From the IMG/VR virus record IMGVR_UViG_3300045988_165521: a stretch of DNA of 64,000 bases; one strand, given 5' to 3'. Position 1 is the stretch's first letter; each line of letters begins with the position of its first letter. The DNA is from a virus. Of the stretch, positions 1 to 11,900 are shown piece by piece. A model generated the notes under the pieces. The model had not been told where the DNA came from, made no database searches, and saw only the letters and a program-made list of their open reading frames with translations. The position numbers and the translations under genes are program-made.

Positions 1-2971
1 GATTAGTAATTGAAAGAATTTCATCTATAATTTCTAATTCTACATCAGATTTAATATGTCCATTATAATAGTCTGTAATCATAGTTGCTAAAACTTCTTC
101 ATCAAAGTCAGATCCTTTCTTATTTTTATAATAAGGATTTTGTCGCATTTTATTTCATAATTCAGTATCCTGTATATTACCTAAAATCTTATAATAAGAC
201 TCGGCATACATATTTCTGGCATCTGCTAAGTATAGATGTGAGAATTCATGAATTAGAGTATCGTCTGTAGCTCTATCAATATTAATATAAATTATTCCTT
301 CTTTAATAAATCCTTTTGCATTTTTAGTTGCAGTATCTTCATTAATTACATCCTGATCTGTTACTAATCTTACATTTTGTAAAGAATTTACATTTTTTAC
401 TAATTCTGTAATCTTAGTAGACATTGGAGTTTTTAAGTCATAGAATTTGGTTGGTCCATTATTAAATAAAGTAAGTTGATTTGGATCAGTTCTAACAAAA
501 GCTCCTGAATTAAAGATAATATATTTTAGAGTTCTAGATATAAGATTTTTAGAAGATGTATTAGTATTATTAAACTCGTCTACTAATATGTTATGTTCAC
601 CTATTAGTTTATTAGTTACAGCATACATTCTTTGATCATATCCTTCATCAAATAACTCTGCTACACTTTCAGCTATACCTCATTCCGTATAATAGTCAAA
701 ATCAATGTAAGAAACAACTTCTTCATTATTTTTATCTGCTTTTGTTTCTGCAACTTCAATAATTTTAGCAATTTTTAAAGCTTCTTCAACAGATATGTCT
801 GTTTTAGGAATATTGAATCTTACTTGTCTATACTGTTCATTTCCATCAGATACTAATATTGGTTTAGTAGTGTCTGTAGTTGAATCATTATAATCTCTAT
901 CTAAAGAAGTGTTTTCTTCAGATTTAAATCCAATGGTTTCAACATTTTCATTTGCTGCATTAATAAGTACTGCTTCTGCTCTTTCTGCCATACTATCATT
1001 TGGATCTCGTTTTAGGAATGTATTAGCAAGTTCTTGTGGATTTTGTTGGTCAATTCAATTATTATAATCAACAACTCATAATGAATTATCTCCACTTGCT
1101 ACTAAGTCCTCAAACAAACGAGTTAATGAAGCCTGTCCAAAACCATCTTTATTAACAATTAAGTTATATAAATAGAAGGCATTAACAGGATTTAGAGCTC
1201 CAAATTCAGGAATCGTAACTTTATTTAAACTATTAAAATCTCGTAAGATTTGTTCATAAAGAGCTTTAGTCTTTTGACTATTATCTATCTGCATCATATT
1301 AAATGGAAGTTTATAAAAACCTCTTTCCTTACCTTCTGAATCAGTTTTTAATCCAAAGCATAAATATTTAATAAATGCATTATCAGGTAATTTTTCTTTA
1401 AGTGTAGGAATAATATAATCCTCAATATACATTCTAAATGAATCAATATTATCCTTACTGTCTAGATTAATTATAAAGTTTTCATCTTTATTAATTAAAA
1501 TAGAATTTTCTACCTTATATTTCTGATTAACTGGAACTTGAAAACTTAAATTTTTAGTTTTAATTCATGAATCAATTAAGAAATCATCAATATTATTTCT
1601 AGTTTGTCTAAATTCTTCTATAGATAACTTACTTCCTCTTTTAGGAGTAGTTTCATCTATAACAATAGATTCAACTTGATTTCTAACTGATAATCGATTA
1701 AGAACTTCATTATCAACACTTAGAATATTAAACATTTCTTTGAAGTGTGGAACACTAGCTATAACATCTAATATATTAAATGTAGTCTTAACTTTTTCAT
1801 AGTTATCAATTTGTTGTAATCTGTATTCTTCATTAGCAGCAAACTTTAGTAGATTAAATTTCTCTCCAATTTCATCTTTAAACTTATCATTAATAAATGT
1901 TTCAATTCCCTTAATATAAGAATACTTTCCTCATTTATCTGTAGGAAGTCCTTGATTAATTTTTAATAATCTACCTAGAATTCTAATTTCTTCTGCACCT
2001 TTAGCTTTCTTCTTTAATGTTTTAAATAAAATTTCAGTTCTCTCATTTGCTTTTTTAATATCAGCTTCAGATGCATTTGGTTTATAAACTGCATATCTTG
2101 AAGGATCCTCAATAGCTTGATCAATGAAATGAATTTTATTTTTTGGAATTGGATCTGTTCAAAGATTTGTATTATATTCCGATACAAGTTTAGTAACTTC
2201 TTCAGATACCATTAAATCTCCAATTCTTCTTAAGTCCTCTCCAAGCATTAAACTATATACATAAAGATCAACTCAATTAGAGTCTGCATTAATTTTCTTA
2301 AGAATTAACTCCTTAGCATTATCTGTTGCAGCATTCAGTAACTCTCCCATATCAAGAGATTTATCAGTTAATCTTCTTTGGAAGTCTATTAGCTGAATAA
2401 TATTATTTGCAATATCTGCAGGAACTGCATATTTAGAAATTCATTCAGGATCATTTTCAAACATAGAAAAATCTACATTTGCTAATGTAATTAATTGTTC
2501 TGTTCCATTACGTTGAGAACCTTTAATAAATGAATATCTACTTAAAAGTTGTCTAGTTGTATCAAAATCTCTATTTACAATACTATCATAAACTTGTTTA
2601 AATCTAGTATTATATAAGTTAGATAATGCAAAGAAACTCTTTAATCCTGTAGCAACATTACCAATTACAGTTTTACCAACCATATTTTGAATTTGCATTA
2701 AATATTTACTAGCAGAATTATAAGGATTCATAATTTTTGCACTTTCTCCTAATACAGATTTACTTGCAAGTTCTTGCATATGAGATGTTGTAATAGGCAT
2801 TGTAAGGTTAATCTGATTTTTAGGACTCAGTATTACATCAAATACACCATTTACAATTGCATTTCTTATAGCATCCTGTTTTAAGAATGGAGATATTTTT
2901 GGATCTTCTGCATTTGTAAGTAATTTTCCATTATCAGAAATAGAATAACCTAATATATAAACTTTATCGAT
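1..2971 (-). CDS. virion-packaged RNA polymerase, exon 2 (3' portion; gene continues past the left edge)
   Basis: Track fragments 2441-2974, 1076-1432, 680-991 and 155-628 share one frame and are broken only by TGA. I hand-translated 1432-2441 and 1-155 and found no TAA/TAG. The first codons ATC GAT AAA (IDK) complete DYD|ID after intron removal. An HEFSH (HExxH) motif lies at 236-250. Confidence 0.75.
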
Positions 2972-3280
2972 CATTTTTGTTAGCTTATACTTTCGTATAA
3001 GATCAGACTATATCTTATATTAAATTACTATTACCATAATTTAATATCCTCTTATTTCCATAAAATAATGTACTCTACTTGTTTATTCCTAATAATATTT
3101 CTTTATTAGTATACTTTCGATAGTCGTTGAACCCTTCTTTTCAGAATCGGCTGCTGATTGTCCAATACTTATAATTTTTAAACATTCACACTTAAATCAT
3201 TTTTAGATTTTATGTTGTAGTTTATAAGTCTCTAAGGAGTTTCCAGCAATTAAAGAGGTTTTATTATGACACGTAACTCT
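2972..3280 (-). ncRNA. group I intron (309 nt, no ORF) inside the RNAP gene
   Basis: The minus strand carries the canonical core elements in 5'-3' order: P AATTGCTGGAAA (3240-3251), Q AATCAGCAGCC (3149-3159), R GTTCAACGACTA (3121-3132), S AAGATATAGTC (3006-3016). P/Q can pair as UGCUG/CAGCA and R/S as GACUA/UAGUC. The internal guide GTCATAA (3264-3270) pairs with the exon end TTATGAT, with U.G at the splice site. The terminal G is at 2972. Excision restores the reading frame. Confidence 0.85.
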
Positions 3281-6200
3281 ATCATAATCAGACCCTTGCA
3301 ACCATGTCTGATTGGTTGGTACGTAGACCTCGTTTATGTCACTATCAGTAAATAGAACTACTTCCATTGGCATGAATGACTGCATTGACTGACAAGGAAT
3401 ACGAGTACCTACAAATCTTAAACTTTGCTCAAACGCTTTATATTTTCTATCAGCGATTTTCATAATTCTATTACTAAATCTAATATTTTGATTATCACTT
3501 AACATTTGAATTAGCACTTGAGGATTTATAGATTTGTAATCTAAAATTTCTCTAGTTTTAATATCTCCAAAATCATCATAATATGATAAAGTAACATTAT
3601 CTGACGTAAATTGATTTGCAATTAAGTTTTTGTAATTAGATAATGTATAGTTATACTTATAGTTATTATAGATTCTAGAGTTATTAATTTCAGAAAATCT
3701 TTCAAAGTTATCTACAATTACTAGGTCATGTATATTTCCCGCAGTATCAGTATATTTATAAAACTTCTTACCTTCTGCAGATGCTATTTCTTTTCCATTG
3801 TAGTAAACAGAATTATCAACTATAGTAAAATCTCCATTTGGAGTTAAAGTATCCTTATATAAATTATTCAGATTTTGGTCTCCAATTTTTACATAAAGTT
3901 TTTTTCCAGTTCCATCAAATAATATTATATCATAAGATTCAGGATCAGGATTATCATTGTTATAATAACCTTGAATTCTCTCTTTAAAGAACTCAGCTCC
4001 TCTTTGCTTAATTTTAGCTATAGAATCTCCTGGCAATAGACCTAATTGTTTAGCATATAATTTACCCATAATAATCTGGGCAGGAATTACTTGTACAGAT
4101 TCAGGTTGTACATATATACCTTTTCATTGGATCATCTTACCATCAGCTAAATCATTTAATAATTTTTGCTGAGATTTATGTAACGAGTTTTCTATAAAGT
4201 CAATATCGATTTCTCCCGCACTAGGAATTAATGTTCCTGCTGCTCTACGAATTAGAGCTATTCTCTCTGTAGTAATAATATTAACTCATTCTAGTTGCTC
4301 AGGGGTTAAATCTTTTTCAGGTTTTCCTTTAAGCCCAAGTTCCTTTTTAATATTAGATCTTAATTCATCATATAGAGATTCTACAGTAGTACTAGAGGTT
4401 CCATTAAGATAATGTAATGCACGAGTTATATCTCCTTCAAAAATACTATGTTTTTCTCCCTCAATAATAAATATTGTATCAGAGCCTTTAAGATTTTTTG
4501 GACGTAAAGATAATCTTTGTGCATATCTCTTATCTAAGTTTTTATACCAATCGTATTTTGAATAATTATCAATTTTTACAATATCATACATATCAGTAGT
4601 AACCTTTCCCATATATCCTTGATATAGTCTCTGTCCTTCTTCGTTTAATAAAGGTTCTTCTCCATTAAACATCGGATCATTATAAACTACTAATGTATCT
4701 TCAAAATCGATAGGATTTTCAGCAGTAAGTTCTGTAACAAATGGGTTAATAAGATTTTCTCCATTACGAGTAACAAAAGGACCTTGCATTGCTTCATTAA
4801 TAGTTAAATCTGCAAGACGAGGATCTGTAGCTCTACCTACCTTTCTTACTAAATCTAAAAGTTCATCGTAGTTATAGTTATATCCTCCTCAGTTAAAATA
4901 CTGTTGTATTCCATATGATGGATTTAATACAGATGCAACACCATCATAATGACGTCTAATTGCATCTTTTACTAAAGAAGATGTAACTGTTGAGTTAAAG
5001 ATACCATTAATAGTACCTGCACTAAAAGGAATTTTATAATCGATTTTCTTTTCATTAAAACTTTGTTGAGCAAGTTTTATAAAAGATTGTGCAAGTCCTA
5101 AAGTATCTTTATTATTTGTTTGAAAAGCTTTAACTAAAGCTTTACCATAAATTTCATATAAGGCTTGTTGATCTCCTGTTTCAAGAACTTCATGAATTTC
5201 TGCAATAGCATCATGACATAATTTACCAATTTCTTGATATACTTTTGTTGCTAAATCGTGTGTAAATCCATTTTGTTCAAGAGCACTAATCATCTGAGTC
5301 ATTTCAGTAACTTCTGCTTCATCAAGTTCGTGATCTGCATTCATCTGAACTCCTCCAAACTTAGTTGACATTGTAGTAAACCATAAATCAGAATCATTAG
5401 TTCAAATATCATCACCATTAACATTAGAAGCTCCTACTTTGATAGCAGACTTATTTACAAGATACCCAATCATATAGTCTTTTAGATTATTATCATTAAT
5501 AATATCATTAACAACATCTAAATTATTTTCTGATCAATATAATTGTTTCATGGTATCATTGTATTCCATTGATCATGCTCCACCAAATATTTGATCTAAA
5601 TCATATATACTACTAATTTTAATATCTGTATCGAGTATACTATTTTCTCCAATTATATTACCAAATATATCGGTTTCAATACGTTCTACTTGAGCTACAT
5701 TATTATTAATAACTACATGATTTATTTTCCAATAAGTTTGGTTATCAGGTTCTCTATAGAAGAGATTATCAAATACTTTGTCATAAACGATTGTTACACT
5801 AGGATCAAATAGTAAATTATGCATTTTTCTAAACATATTTTCTAACTTGATATCTGATCCCCATGATGTACGCCTATTAGCATTTGTAATCTCATATTCT
5901 GCTCACTTTAATAATTTAGGTAAACCATATTCTCCATTCATATCTGCTAAAATAGTCTTTTTATTTCTACCTACTTTAGCATCAATTAGTGATACATTTT
6001 GTTGTCTAGAAAAATACGGACTTGTAAATCCAGATCCGTCCATAGAATCAACACTATCAGTCATACCAGAAATATTTTGTACAGCAGCTCCAATATCTCC
6101 AACTACAGCCATTTTAACTTTTGGAGCAACTCCATTTTTTAATCCTTGTGCAAAGGAATGATGAGTAGCTCCATAAATAACCATACGTTTTACCTGAGAA

Positions 6201-8998
6201 ATTCATCTGCTTGCAAAACTATGTTCAAGATATCCTTCTGTTGCAGAAACCTCTTTATTCTTATTTGGGTGAGCGTAAACTCCTCCAACCATCATTTTAT
6301 TATATTCATTACTTAAAAATGAATCCATAATGAAATACGAATAAAGCATAGGATTTAATTTACCATCCTTATCATGTATTGTTACATAAGGAACTGTATA
6401 TGATATTGGCTCATCATTTTCATCAACAGTTTCAATAGTTCTTTCAGAAATTCAGTTACTTCATTTTCTAGCAGAAAATGCCTTATATACATTTTTGTCA
6501 GAAGATATACTCTCTCAAGCTTTTGAGCTGTCTTCAAGAAACCTATTTAATTGATAATTAATAAACTCATCAAATTGATTTCTTTCGCTGAATATATTAT
6601 AAAGATTTTCAAGTGTTTCATTAAAGACATTTTTCTTAGTATATGGATCTTTAGATATATGAACTTCTTCAATAAATTCTAATCCGCTGTCTCTAAATTT
6701 TTGCTTAATATCTGCAAGTTTTGTTTTTGCAATATATTCTTTTAGATCACTTATAGTCTTAAATTCTTTACCTGTAGCTTGAGTATAGTCGTTTAAGATT
6801 TTATTAATTAAGTTCGTATATTGACTTTGATTTGTTTTAAATCAAATATTCATAATAGGTTCTAAATCAGATACATTCTTACTAGAATAATATTTCTCTA
6901 AAACTTCCTTAAAATTAATTGAACCTAAATCTTTAAAATCTCAATTTTGACTTAAATCAAATTGCATTACAAAATGTTTATTTTTATCTGAATAAACTGT
7001 TGATTGCAATCCAATTACTCCATTTACCTTTCCACCCTGCTCAGAAACAGATTTACTTGAAGTTAATCCTTCAAAGAAATCATATACTATTGCAAGATGT
7101 ATTACTTCATCTTCAGTAAGATTACTAGATTGTTTAGTATAATCTCCAATAGTTACTTCTGCTCGAATCTTTGGATTTTTAATACGTTGAATATTGTTAA
7201 ATACAGCATTATCACTCATTACTGTATCAGATCCTCATCCAAGTTCATCATGTAAATATTGGCTCATTTTCTTATGAGAGTACGCTAAACAAACCATTTG
7301 ATATAATGGTAAATTGTTACCTTCTGCATTCTTAATAACATTAATTGTATCAGAACCATTAGTAACACTTAATACTTTTGCTAAATCATTTGCTTGCCCA
7401 AAGAAGCCATTTTTGCCTATATCAATAATTTGACCTGAGTTAGCACTATATAAAATACTACCTAATATTGGAGTTAATAATGTAATTTTATTTACATTTT
7501 TTTCTCTTGGGAATACTTGTTCTGCAACTTGATTAAAATCATCTGCTACTAAAAATGAAGCAAAATCCATAAGTAAATCGTCCATTAAAGTATCAGATAT
7601 TATTCCTGCAGAATTAATTTCTCCAGTATCAGGATTATATTTTAAATTTAAAGTATTACTGCCTTCTGTAATACTAATATTAGTTCCAATAATATTAATA
7701 TCATATTTTCCTAACTTATTTTGGAAGTTAGTTTTATTATCAATTCAGTAAGTACTTGCAGCTTTAATAATATCTGTAAGAAAATATCTCTGTATTTGTA
7801 CAGGTCTATCAGTTAAATTCTTACCAGTTAATTCTCCAGTTAAGTTATCTTTACCATAACTAATATAACTTGACAATACTGTCTTATTCATTAGATGTGT
7901 ATACATTTGTTTAATTGGAGTAGCCATTTTATCTGAATAGATAAACTTAGCAATACCTCTTAACTTATTTTGTAAGTAAGTTGTATGTTCTGGTGCTACA
8001 GATTTAGTTGCTAGTGCATTTAAATATTTTCCAATAATTTTACTCATATCCATATTGCCCTCTTTAGCTATTTCATCAACTATTTCAGGGTCAACACTTT
8101 CCTCCATAAATAATTTTACTTTACCCATAGCTGAATTAAATCCAGATAAGGTAATAGCTGTATTTTCTATAATAACACCATCTTCATTAACTTCAGGAAA
8201 ATATGAAAGTAAAATTTTTGCGAGGTCACTGACGGATTCTTCAGCTCCCATAAATTCATTATTACTAAAACCAGTATAGTGTGTAACATTCGGACCATCA
8301 TAATTATAACGTCCTACAGCATAAGTTGAACTATTTTTATATTCTGGTTTAATAGAAATAAATGGAGTATATAATCTCAATATATCATCAAAAGTTTTTA
8401 ATGTTACATATGCATTATATGCATTAAAATATTTTTGATCTTGAGTAAGTCCTGCATTTTTAATGTAGGCTTCATATTCTTTTATAGTATCTTCAAATAC
8501 ATTAATAATAGATTTAGGTTCTGAGTCAATGCTAATAGGAGTTAGAGGTTTTCCCATGAACTCACTAATAATAGATAAAAGTTCTTGTTTATATTTAAAA
8601 ATTCCAGTATTTAAATTGGAATAACTTCCTAAAGTAGCATTTGCATCTATAAAAGAATCAGAATTAATATCAAATACAGACATAGAAATAATCTTTTTTG
8701 CTGTATCGTCAATCATTTTATTATATTGTCTTGAATTATCAATATAATATTGTTGAGGTGAAGATCCTTCGGGAGGAAGTTCAATACCTAATCTACTACT
8801 AATCTTTTTAGGTTCAGATACAGGTGTTGGAGCGGAGTCTGTATAGACTCCACTCACAAACATATTAAACACCTCATCTGGATTTGTAAAATGCTCATTT
8901 ATGAACACTTTAAACGCATTTAAATCTGGTGAATCACCTCTAAGTAAGTTCTTCAGTAATGGATAATATGCTGAAGAATATCCACATTTAACACTCAT
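3281..8998 (-). CDS. virion-packaged RNA polymerase (crAss/phi14:2 gp66-like two-barrel RNAP), exon 1
   Basis: ATG at 8996-8998 overlaps the upstream TAA (8988-8990). Eight track fragments (7745-8998 down to 3203-4069) share one frame and are separated only by TGA; gaps 6184-6941, 7585-7745 and 7219-7235 were translated and are open. 1906 codons. The exon ends ..FVGTRIPCQSMQSFMPMEVV..VPTNQTWLQGSDYD, which resembles the RxP...NADFDGD double-psi beta-barrel of RNAP beta'. Confidence 0.75.
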
Positions 8999-11900
8999 TA
9001 TTTTCTAATTTTGCTATTAAGTATTTCTGTACATTTTCTCTTAACTCGTTGAGAGTTTCATTTGTACTAACTTCGTTATAATATGTACTTGCTATAGTTT
9101 CAGTTACTTCTGTATTTTGCATTAGAGCTTTAAGGTACATTAAAATATTAGGACTTGATTTATATAAATCTTTTGCAGAATTTAAATAATCTCTAAGTTC
9201 TATATATTCATTCATTGTATTAAACTCTCTAATTGAGTAAACTCCATCTTTATTTTCAAGTACAAAATTCTTTGAATTATTGTTCAAAGATACTAAAAAT
9301 GGTACAAATTTCAAATTATTTCTAGAGATAATTGTAACATCATCTGGATTCTCTCCATAAGCTTGTTTAAACAAATTCTTAAGCATAGGAGTAAGATCAT
9401 CCTTTATTTCCTTCATTACAATTTCAGGATTATTAGAGTCTCCAACAATTTGAATTATTGTATAATTTGGAGTAGTAACTTTATTTAATATTTCATTATT
9501 AACATCATTAACTGTTGATTCTAATAAGTCTATATTTGTAATTTGTTTGTTTACTCCAAACTGTTTAAACGCCTCATTAATTTTATTAATCTTTTGACGT
9601 TGTAAATCCTCTTGAATAGCTCTTTCAGGATTAACTTGAATCTTGTCATAATCTATAATAAAATCGTTTCCTATTAAATTAGAAGCATTTGTAGAATATA
9701 GTTTATTTGCAGTATCAACTTCATAGTAGAATTGAGATCCTGGAACTACTTTAACTATATTATCAAATACATAAATACCTTGCTTAAAGTTTGGATTGTT
9801 TTCAATATGTTCTTGAAGTTTTTCAGTTTTTCCAACAAAGTCTGCAAAGATATTATATATCATAAATGATGGATCATTAAATTCAAATTTACCAACTCTA
9901 CTAATGTAACCTGTTTGCATTAACATTTGATTAGAATCGAAAGATCCAAACTCATTATTTAGTAAAGAATCAAAATCAGAATAAGTTTTTCCATTAACAA
10001 CATATTGTCCATTCTCCATAGTTACTATTCTTTCAGTAACGTTTCCTCTATCAGCTTGAGTTACTTTATCTTCATAAGTAACTCTAATAGCATTAGTATA
10101 TCCTGATTGTGTATTTAATAATGCTCCTAATCTAAATAATATAGTACTCTTATAAGGAGAGAAATATGCAAGTGAAATCAATTGTCCAGCTCTTTCTCTG
10201 TTAAGATTATTTCTAACTTTAACATTTTTGTCTCCTGCTTTTCTTTGTGCATTAAATAAATTAACATTATTAATTGCAGTATGAATTATATTATCTAAAG
10301 AAGCAACACTATTTATTCCTATTAATCGAATTCTAGGATCATTTTGAACAGTATTTAAAATAGTTCCGTCTTCTGCTACTTGTGCTTTTAAGTGAGCTTC
10401 AAATTCCTTTTGACTAACTAATGGATCAGCAGAGAATAACATAAATGTATTTCCTCTATTCTGATACATAAATGCATAGTTTCTTGAATCTGCTTCAAAT
10501 GTGTTTCCTACTCATTTAATATGATCCTGCCAATCTGACTTACGTACTACTAAAGATACTAATTTTCCGTAAGAAGAGAATAAACCTCCTTTATTTAAGG
10601 CACTTGTATTAAAGTTAGATACATCAACAGTTGTTAACTCTCCTTCTCTTGTAAACTTAGCATAACTTCCAATTGTAAAATCTCCTGTATATATTCCAAA
10701 TCTTGGAGTTGTAAACAATAGAGGAATTTGTGCTGTTTTATCTTTTATCTGAATTTTTGCTACTAATAATCCTCTTCGCCCATTATCATATGGAACTACT
10801 TCAAAAATAGGTTTAGTTTTTAGTGCAGTTTCTAGTTCACTAAAAGCACGACCCATAGCTCTATCTTTATTTAAAGCTTGTCCTAATCGTACAATTTCTC
10901 TTGGATTTTTATAATATCCATATTTAAAATAAGCAGCAATTAAATTTAAAGCTCTAATATATTTAGGAGCTGCAAGTTTACCTTTTATTCCTAATATATT
11001 AAATAAAGAAGATTCTGTAGCTTGATCATAATTTCATAAATTATTTAAATAGAAATCTGCAATATCATTCCATTTAGAAATATTTAAAGGATTATCTGTT
11101 ATTCCTATATTCTGAGGAACTTCTTCAAGTATATCTACAGGAGGAGTAACAGATTGTTCAACATTAGGAGCATGTACTGGATTTTGATCTGTAACAGGAG
11201 GTTGTTCTCTAGTATTACTATTGAATGTTTGTTTGCTTTGTGCTTCAGCTACAGTATTTTTAGTCTCTGGTTCTACAGAAGCTTGTCTAACTGGTTCCTT
11301 AGGAGATTCACTAACTATTTCTGCTTCTGGTGTAGGTTCTACTCTTGGCTTAATATTTTGTTCTGAAGTTGGTATAACAGGTTCAGCTACAATTGGATTT
11401 GGATTTACTTCTTCATAATCAATAGATTCAGGACTATTCTCTAATAACTTAGTTCTTCAGTCTTTGAAATCACTAATTTGTTCAGGAGATACTTCAATAC
11501 TTCCTGCACTAGTCATATCATTAATTGTGTTTAACTTTAAATCTAGACTAATCCCGTTATCTACAATAATTGTACCTTTTGTAGAACGTTGAGTTAATGT
11601 ATATAAATCCTTAAGAGTTAAATAGTGTTTTCCACTCGTATCTTTCCAACTCTTGTCTATGATTGCAAATTCAAATTCATCACCTTGGACACTATCTAAT
11701 CCTACTACTTTAACATTATTAATAGCAGTATATTTAGCAGGATTATCAGTTATAATTGCAATATCATTAGATAGTTTAGATAACTTTTCTACTATTTTAG
11801 GTACTTCATCTGAACTATTAATAAATTTCTCCCCACCAAACGTTTCAGTAGTTTCAAAATATTTAAGTTTAATACTATTTTCAGATAATATCTGTTTCGT

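Noticed and set aside
2972-3280. The insertions in the RNAP and portal genes as inteins or as genuine gene boundaries.
   Set aside because: The inserts contain stops in the exon frame and are too short for an intein. They carry a ribozyme core with exon-specific guide sequences. Excision restores a catalytic motif (RNAP) and the reading frame (both genes).
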